A stretch of 64,000 nucleotides of DNA. It comes from Fimbriosthenelais zetlandica. Its lineage: Eukaryota. This document shows positions 55,501 to 64,000 of this stretch, piece by piece; the stretch's first letter is position 1, and every line of letters begins with the position of its first letter. The stretch covers positions 20,460,001-20,524,000 of the forward strand of contig OZ365112.1 in NCBI GenBank assembly GCA_977030845.1, written 5' to 3'. The notes below the pieces were generated by a model that saw only the letters and a list, made by a program, of their open reading frames with translations, searched no databases and was not told where the DNA came from. Both the position numbers and the translations under genes were made by a program.

Positions 55501-58500
55501 TCTAAAATAAATGTTGCTCAATCCTAAGCAACCAAACCTACTAAATGCCAGCAGATATAATCCAGCCATGAGAATGGCGGATGTCAGCCCCTGTCTGACG
55601 CAGTAGTACGTTGAACAATAGCAGCAATATGCAATAGTTTGTCAGAGGACGAGGGCATGACAAAGTTTACAGTGTAGGATGTTTTACTTCAACAGAGGTC
55701 AAACCCGAATTCATACTGGTAGAGCTGCTGTCACTCGCCCATGGTGGCTTTAATTACACTGATTTATTACCAGCGTTTATTCCATTCAATGACAGATGAT
55801 TGCATGATGCATAACCGTATAGGCCAGTTTGTCAAAAAATAATGGGAGAACTGTTTAATCAAATGCCCAACAATTCATGCTTTTTAAACGCTAAATTTCT
55901 TGTCTAGGAACTTTCATCAGATGAAGGAGTTTTCTCTGCCAGGAGGAAAGCACCTTCTCCTGTTGTTTATGGGACTGCCAGGCCCTGTCATGTTTTACTG
56001 CTCGTCTCTTATTTTAAAAGCAATTACTCTGACAGGTCGTCCTCTGTGGGTTTTAATTATTGTTTCACTGTGATTTATTGATCATTTTACATCTTAAAGA
56101 TCGCCTTAATTATCCAGCTGATCATAGTTGAAGATCAATCAATCTCTCTTGCCTAGAGGAGACCCAATTACTGAGCCTTCCTTTTAGTGGTCGATTCGGG
56201 ATTAATGATTAAAAACCCTCATAGGCAAAAATGAAATATTACCCATATGTACTTGTAGCAAGCAGCCAGCAAATTGCTTGGAAACACTGTACAAACAGGG
56301 CACAGTTTATATCAGTGCAGAAAATAATGAATCCCGTTCCAACATATTATGTCGGGGGAAGAATGAAAGTTGGGTTGGACTGGGAATGAGGGCTGGGGAT
56401 CACATCCCTGCTTTCAGACTGGAGTGATTTCCCGTTACTATGTCATTTTTTCTTTGGGAAAAAGGGCATCTCGAATTCAGGTTCCATGGTCATTTAACTA
56501 CAGGTAGGCCTCCATAAATTTTAAGCTGCTTCCTATGACCAGACACCCATCCAAAAACTTCTTGATTCTACTGCCCTGCTTCCCAAATGCTGAGTGCCCC
56601 CTCCCCACGTTTACACATCCCACTGGGGAATCGGTATAGGGGATCGAGTATATAGGCGCCCGACCAATGCACACAGGTATAGGACGGGTCAATGTGGTGG
56701 AGAGCAGGATAAGTGTACTGGGTTTCTTGGCATCGCACCAGCAGACAAAGAGTTCATCCAGTACAGACACCTCCAGAACAGACATGCTACTGTACCTGAA
56801 AACACCCTCATAATAATCCCACTGCCACCACCCCACAGCCAACGTTGGGGTTCTTGCTTCAGAGTGGACATTATTTTTTCCCCAATTGATAGCCAGCATC
56901 GCGCAACAACTACCGATACTTGGCTTCGATACATCGGAGGCAATGTTGTTTTTTTTCCTTTTGCGCAACCTGTGTAAAATTCGGTGAAATAATTGTTTAA
57001 CTGCCAATATTAGTGTTACTCTATGCATCTCTAACCATAGGGTTGGGTTTGTGCCATGGTTATTATTCCAGATTTAAATACTGGCTCTGGCAACACTAGC
57101 TAGGAAATAATTTTCCTCTTTGAACTTGAGTGATGGAGAGAACTGTCACTGTTATATGCTTAATGGGTGACAAAAAATAACCTCATTTAGCTAAATGGAC
57201 CATGCAGTAATAGCAGTACCAGTAGTAATAGCATTTACAATTATCTGAACATTTCAGAATGCTCCATGATAAAATTGACACAAAGAAAAACTTTAAAACT
57301 GGGATCAAAATTAAAACAGTTATTCTTCTCCAATTTAAGTATCCCTCCATCAATCCTCCTTGTTCATTTGGTAGAATCAATGTCAGTTATAAAACATTCA
57401 TGGACTGAAATGTGAGGACAGGGATAGGAAAATAACTATCTTAATGATCATAGTTAATTGCCAAGCTGTGCTTTCAGATGACTTGATAGTCCCGACCTTG
57501 TTGTCAAGGGAAAAAATAGTGTCACCATGACAATCAATAATCAAGTTAATTCAGGACGAGCAAGGTACCACGTGGTGTCCTGTGACAGGCAGATGGACTT
57601 ACGATGACATTTTCACAGAAATACAAGCATCAATCTAGAGGCTGCTCTCAGTGTGAAGGATATACAGAGCTGCATGGGGGAGGCTGCTTACAGTGGAATA
57701 AAGTTAGTGAGATATTTTGTATAGTATGAAGAGAAGAAAGGCTTCGTGGAATTGGTCGCGGGTAAGGGAAAGGGAAGGGGGTAGGGACACTTGGCATCGA
57801 TGCCAAAGGTGGATACCAGTACCTGGGAAAAGTAGGTGTGTCATGGACCCAGCGACTCCCGGATCTAAAAAAATGTCGGGACATTTAAATCGTCAGCAAA
57901 TAAGTACATTAACTTGTCATATGACTCACAAAAATCCCATTATGTTCAAATACTGAATGGTCTCACGCGTACCAACAACCCAAGGTTCATGATATATTGC
58001 GTTTTTAGATTCAATTTTTCAAGCGTTAATGGGGAGGAATAATATACTGCATTTCATCATTCGATCTTCCCACTTTTAGGTTGGAGAGGAAATAACTCCC
58101 ACCCAGAGAGCCTTTCAAAGAGAGGGGAAAAAAGCAATACCTTAGGCTATAACACGCCATTGCACCATTACTGAGATCTTCTGTGAAGCCTTCAGGTCAT
58201 ACAAGTGCACTGACCGTGTGTTGCATGGACGTATGTCATTTTCGCTTCCTCTAAGTTTTTTCTTTTACTCCACAAAAGATTCTGAGGAGCCAACATTATT
58301 TATTTTTGCTCTAATACAGTTTACAATGGAGACTCAAAGTCGTCGGTGGAGAACAAATTTATATCAGGAAAATGCCTAGGGGAAGAGAGGGAAAACCTGC
58401 ATCCCATCTTGAATCACAGAGCCTAATAAGCTGAATCTCACATTGACTGAATCTTCTCTCTGAAAAGCATAGTTTTCAGTTGGATGCATCTTCCCTTGAT

Positions 58501-61354
58501 CACTTTGTACAGTCGAGTTTTCATAAGATGCAATCTGTGGAATATTATCCACGTTACTGCTTCCAGCCAGCTTCATGGGCTTCATTTCTATTACGAATGT
58601 TATTAATTCTTGCCCGGGGCTGTACTTGGTAATCTAATCAAAATTCAATCAGTTAAACAGTGGGCATCGTGTGTGTGCAGTAAAATGACATTGTAATGAT
58701 AAACCCGATCATCATTATGATATGGGTTTTGTTATCAGGGCGGGGAAATGCACATTGATTATAGGGATTCATTATGAGATAATATCCGCAGCCTGCCTTG
58801 CATCGCTGATAATGCCTTCAGGCTTGTTGCATATAAGTCCCACCTCTACCGCTGAACAAATATCAACTCCATCCATCCCTGAGATAAATGCCCTCCCTTT
58901 ATGCTGCTTGCTACCTGGGCCCGAACGGCTCAACGCCACCGATGACCATATACCTCCCAAGACGTTACACATAGATACCATAACTAATGACTTTTCATAG
59001 AACTCTCTATCTTCCCAAATGTGCCCATCACTACTGTTTGAAAGCGGTTTGAAAGTTGATGAAAACAAAAGAAGGGGTTTAACTGGCAGGTACATAGCAT
59101 GGACCAGGCATCATGTGTAGTTGCTCATACATTCAGTAGGAGCATGGCCTGTGTGAGATTGATGCCTATGTGGCAGTAGGTCGGTAGACTGTATTGAGGT
59201 AAATGCTCCCGTGCTCATACTTTATATGCGCATATTGAGACCTCACAGTGGAGGCTTTTTGTAGGCTTCTCTTGTACGTGGAGTATTTGTCATTAATTGA
59301 TCAATTGCTCCCCATGTGAAGGTGGGTAATCGATAGAGTATACAGCATGGCAGTACTGGTAAACTCAGGACCTCCATGTGGTCAATTAACTTTACAATTA
59401 CAAACACTCTATACTTGTATCAATCATCACAATATCAACCATCAATGGAAAATGTTCAATTGCGTTTTTGTCATGAAAGGAAAAAGATATTTATCCACGT
59501 TGACATCCCATCGTTAATTTTAGCTAATTCAATTTAAACTGATCTTCCTGTAAATCGGTCTATTGACTCAACTTAATTTGTGAACTTGTGAGGTGTGGGT
59601 GTATGACATATGACAGTGATCAGTGGTGATGGCCACATGGCTGTGCTTTATGGGCGTGTATGTGGGTATATAATACAGCACCCAGGAGAGTGAGATGGAT
59701 CGAGTTTAGCCTGGTTTACAGTAATACTATTTTCCCATCGTTTGGCAATTGGATTACTCATATTGTAAGCGTCTGCTGTCATCGAATTAACCCAATTCAT
59801 ATAATAGCTACAACTTGAGGCCATTTCATTTAATTATTCTGCAGTTTAGTTGGAGAATTTGGCCGGCTGTTGATAAAATCAGCTTAGTACATCCCAGGTG
59901 TTACGAGTGGGTGAGGCAGCAGACAGGTCCCGGCCAGCATTTTGGAGGCTGTCATCATTCCATTTTTAACATAAGGCACCTGTACAAACCTATATCTTTG
60001 CCAACTCCGAGCCGCTCGCGATCTGCTCGCGACCCCCGTGATGACGTACGTGAGCGAAGGTGAAGAGGGCATCTATTGTATGAGCCTTTCACATCCATAT
60101 AACCACTTCACAACGAGCATTCAACCCATTTCTAAATCCTCATGAACTTAGTTCATTCCAGAGTGAAAAAATTCACCTGATGAACCAACGGATTGGATGG
60201 GAACTTATTGGAGTGACAGGACCTTTAGCTTGATATAGAAACGTATAAAAATACCCAACAGACGTACCCCTGGCTGATTTATGGATTTTAAATGCATTCC
60301 ACCGTAGTTGCCAATGTCCAGAAAGGGTTTCTGTTCTATTTCTAGTAATGTCTGGCCAAATGCACCAATATGTAGTCTGGGAAAAGTGTTCACCCATTCG
60401 AACTTGGGGTACTGTGAGTTATTTTAGTTATTCTGTGGGTGTGTGCACCTAATATGATCATGTTGCGATTTCAAGCATCAGTGACCAAATGTAAAGCCAT
60501 GCAATCATCGCTTAGGTACTTCACTGAAAGGGATGAGCTGGGAATTTCTAGCATTTATACAAGTTACTGTAGATACCGGGAGTTACAATAGTTTCAAGTC
60601 TAACACATTTAATTCTAACATTCTAATTAATGCATACAGGTTTTAGCTTCTAGGAAATTTATTTTTCCTTCTGTCAATTATAGATATCCCATGATTTTAT
60701 CTTGCACCAATGATGGTTCTGAATGGGCAAGGATGCTGCTTGGAGAATTCTAAATTGGGTGCTTTTTATAGAGAATCTGCGGCCGCCACCAATGAGGGAA
60801 GCAAAGATCATAAGGTGAATACAATCAATAAAGGCGGGATTAAAGGAATGAGCAAAATGTATCTGGGAAATGTCAAAAATGTTATGGATTAAGAAGAATC
60901 GATCGATACCACTTCTGTCATAACCTTGGTCAAAAGTCTGATCCACATCCAGTAACACTGGACCATAGAACAAGATTTCAGCGATTGCATCCAGACAAAG
61001 TTATTGATTTATCAAGTGGCAATGTGTATACATGTATTTGTTCAAGTATTATTGTGAACCAGAATGACTGTATTCTTTGCATTAAATAATATTTCGTGGC
61101 TAACACGCTTGCGGCTAACACACAGCATTACATGATGGTTTAAAAACCAAAAGGTGGGAGCTTTAGACGGCATAAAAAGCTTTAATGTAAGCAATAAGCC
61201 ATGTCTATATCTTTCCATGTCCAACATTGATCTTTCTCTTCAGGGAACCCTCTATGATAGTATAATTTCTAGACCACGAGAAGCCAGTCTGCTGTGGCTG
61301 CTGATTATCTTTGGCGATAGGAAACATCAGGGAGACACTCCATCAAACTTGAGC

Positions 61355-61406
61355 TGATCTATTTAAATGTATCACTCGCGGGTATGATCCATTTAAATGT
61401 ACCACT
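61355..61406. repeat. Imperfect 22-bp direct repeat, 30-bp period
   Basis: TGATCTATTTAAATGTATCACT (61355-61376) and TGATCCATTTAAATGTACCACT (61385-61406), with 2 mismatches. Confidence 0.85.
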
Positions 61407-64000
61407 GATCATAATCGCCATGCAGGGTTATTTATTTCCCATCCTCTTGTCCCTACAGACATTCAATGTCTATATGACTATCTTCATCCAATTTCTGATG
61501 GTATAAGGAGCGAAGGAATGAAAGGAAATGGGTTTCCGAGGGAGAATCAAGGGAGTTGGTGGGAACCACATTTAGATGGACTGAGATTCTCAACCTTTGG
61601 AAGTAAACCCTGCTAACACCCAAATAGACACTGCTAGGCGGGGTGATGTGCTCGATATACGCACTGTTTTACGAGTTGACGAGGTGTACACTGGCCATCA
61701 TTTGAAGCAGATGGCTTCCACCTTGTCCACAGTAACCTTACTGGAGCAATCTATTAGAGCTAGCAGCAAAACACCCATAGAACACAGGGGAGGATCCATG
61801 GGCTACACTATACAGGAAACGGGTGGGGGCTTGAGGGTTTAACTTTCTTATATTGAACATAAAGGAATCCAGGCTAATGCCTACAATAGAAAGTTCAACT
61901 GTAAAGGCACAGGGAAAAGTAATGTCTACTCCACATCTGAATTGTACATGGAATATTAAAGAAAATGAGAAGTTGAGCAGCGAAATCCCCAGGGACCCAC
62001 GTACCCCCAACTCCGTCCACAGCCTGTAACACCAGAGTAAAACAGACTTTTTCCTCCTGTTTCTATAGCCGACTCTTTCTTATAACATGAGCTCTAACTG
62101 AGCACTAATTTTCCACGGTCGACATTTAACGTGAGCTCGGCCAGACGGGTGTTTGTCTCTGTTGTTTTTGTTTGTATTCACACGTGAGAGGATAAGGCTA
62201 TTTCAACCATCTCCTGTCAGGGGAACTGTGGAAAGCTAGTGGGGAGAGAGAGAGGAACACAGCTTTGAATTGTGTTTACAAGGCTGGCAAAGAGCAGCTC
62301 ATATAAAAGGCCTGGAATATGTTCACATTGCCTCATTTTCTAATGTGCGTAATATTATCAGCAGCGAAATTGTATCGTTTATACAGAAAACACCTGTCAA
62401 CCCTGAATCAAACTGACAAAACTCTGATAGATGTATTACACATGACAGGTGCATGACAAGCATATCAGAGATAACAGGATATGTAGGGGACACTCACATC
62501 ACCTCCCACCACAGTCATTTGATTTGCTGACCACAGGTGCAACATTAAGATGCTTATAATGCAATTTCTGATATTTATTACACAATAAATAATAATTAAT
62601 TCTGGGCAGGAGGAAAATGTAAAAATCAAAGGTATAATATACGATGTACAATTAATTTAATTATGCTGTTTAATAGAAAACAAAAATGTGGAAAATCGAA
62701 AAAAGTAGACAAGGACAAAATCGTAGACTAGTGGAGGTCTAGTACTAGGGTATACAGAGGATCAGGGTAGTCTAAATATACAAAACCTCTCTCACTCTGG
62801 CTACATGATATAGGCGGTCTAGCTTCAGACTCACTGTTCATAAGTTGTGAACCATCCATGACAGAATCGCCAAGTTATTTTTCTCCTACTTTTGAAGAAA
62901 AACAGTCTCTTAAAATCTTAAGTGGTTCATTTGTGAGGGTCGCCGTCTGGGGTTTAACTTATCTTGTGTGATTTTAGGGCATCTTTCAGTAGGCAGACCC
63001 TGGAGAGGCTGAGAGAGCTGTGCCAAGAGTGCTCTTGTTAATGCAAGATGAGCATGACACTCACAATATGGCCCTAATCTGGCCTCACTGGTGATAACTA
63101 TATGATGTGATTTACCGGTATAGATTAGCAGCTGTGGACAGCTCGCCCAAATGTATAAACCATGTGTATAATCCTGCTCCCCTCCTTAGATCATCTCTTG
63201 GCTTTTTAATCATAAATCTAGAATACAGCGTCAACACAAATAAAGATGTAACTAATTTTATAATTAAATGGTTTAGCGATTTACAGTTCCTCACCAGAGC
63301 ATAAATGCTTCATAGCTGATTTAAAATAAAGATTATCAGTGGGGTTGGAGGGAGTCAATCCAAAGAATATTTTTTCTAATAATCCCGCGGGAAAAATAAA
63401 GGGGAAAATGTATATTATTTGTTTGCTACCCTGTAGTATAAATGCCAGGGGGACAGGGCAAGATTTGCAGAAAGGTAGAATCTGATCGGCAGCAATGGAG
63501 GTAATTATGTCAGGATTTCAGAAACAGCTGCTTGGGTGAAGGAAATATGCATGTCTATAATTGTTATAATAAATCTTTCGTCAACAAGACTTGTTTAATT
63601 CCGGTAACGTTCCTTTCCACATCACAATCAGTTCATGTCTGATACGGCATCGTAACTGATAAAAATTAATATTTCCACCATACAGGACAAAGTTTCTATT
63701 GGGGTGGAGTGGTCGTTTGGGGATGGGTGCTTGGGGTAGTGTTTAGGCCACCTTGTCAATGGAGTAAGGTAAGAGATGATGGGTGGGTGTGGTGGAGAGG
63801 GAATCGTGTAACCATTGTTTGTGTTTGACTACAATCCTGTCATAATAACGATATACAGACTCCACCGGTATACCGACATCCACCCCACGCTCAGTGTTCA
63901 TCTCAGACAGAGATAATTTTACAATACCCGACTAAAATTTCCACTATTAACATCTAAACACCTTTCTCTTTAAAAACTCTATATCATTACTAAATCAAAA

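Noticed and set aside
56498-57028. Overlapping 176-, 127- and 84-aa ORFs
   Set aside because: No family motif in any frame. Cannot be supported without a database search; could be an eroded repeat.
59675-59690. RE1/NRSE-like motif ACAGCACC-CA-GGAGAG
   Set aside because: Single imperfect match with no linked gene, and REST-type regulation is not established for this unknown invertebrate.
63427-63446. TACCCTGTAG, matching the 5' end of miR-10
   Set aside because: Similarity stops after 10 nt and I could find no complementary hairpin arm.

Overview
Eukaryotic (metazoan, probably invertebrate bilaterian) genomic window: AT-rich, CpG-poor, with canonical GT-AG introns. Four protein-coding genes were reconstructed by hand, arranged as two head-to-head pairs. 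(1) LIN54 (minus, 11 coding exons, ~790 aa, two CRC/CXC domains) shares a ~0.9 kb CpG-rich bidirectional promoter with (2) COPS4/CSN4 (plus, 11 coding exons, ~411 aa). (3) A testican/SPOCK/Cow-like secreted protein (minus, 11 coding exons over ~29 kb, ~439 aa) has a signal peptide, follistatin-N module, SPARC-type EC domain and thyroglobulin type-1 domain, but no Kazal exon that I could find. It diverges from (4) a BTB-BACK gene with degenerate kelch-like repeats, whose 738-aa CDS is uninterrupted. I found no convincing tRNA, rRNA, CRISPR array or transposon protein. I cannot support a claim of a wholly new biological system. The best leads are a textbook-spaced CDE/CHR element right upstream of the LIN54 start codon (possible MuvB/DREAM autoregulation), the apparently Kazal-less, basic testican, and a DSGxxS degron on the BTB adaptor. 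Most short ORFs in the supplied track are spurious or partial exon read-throughs.
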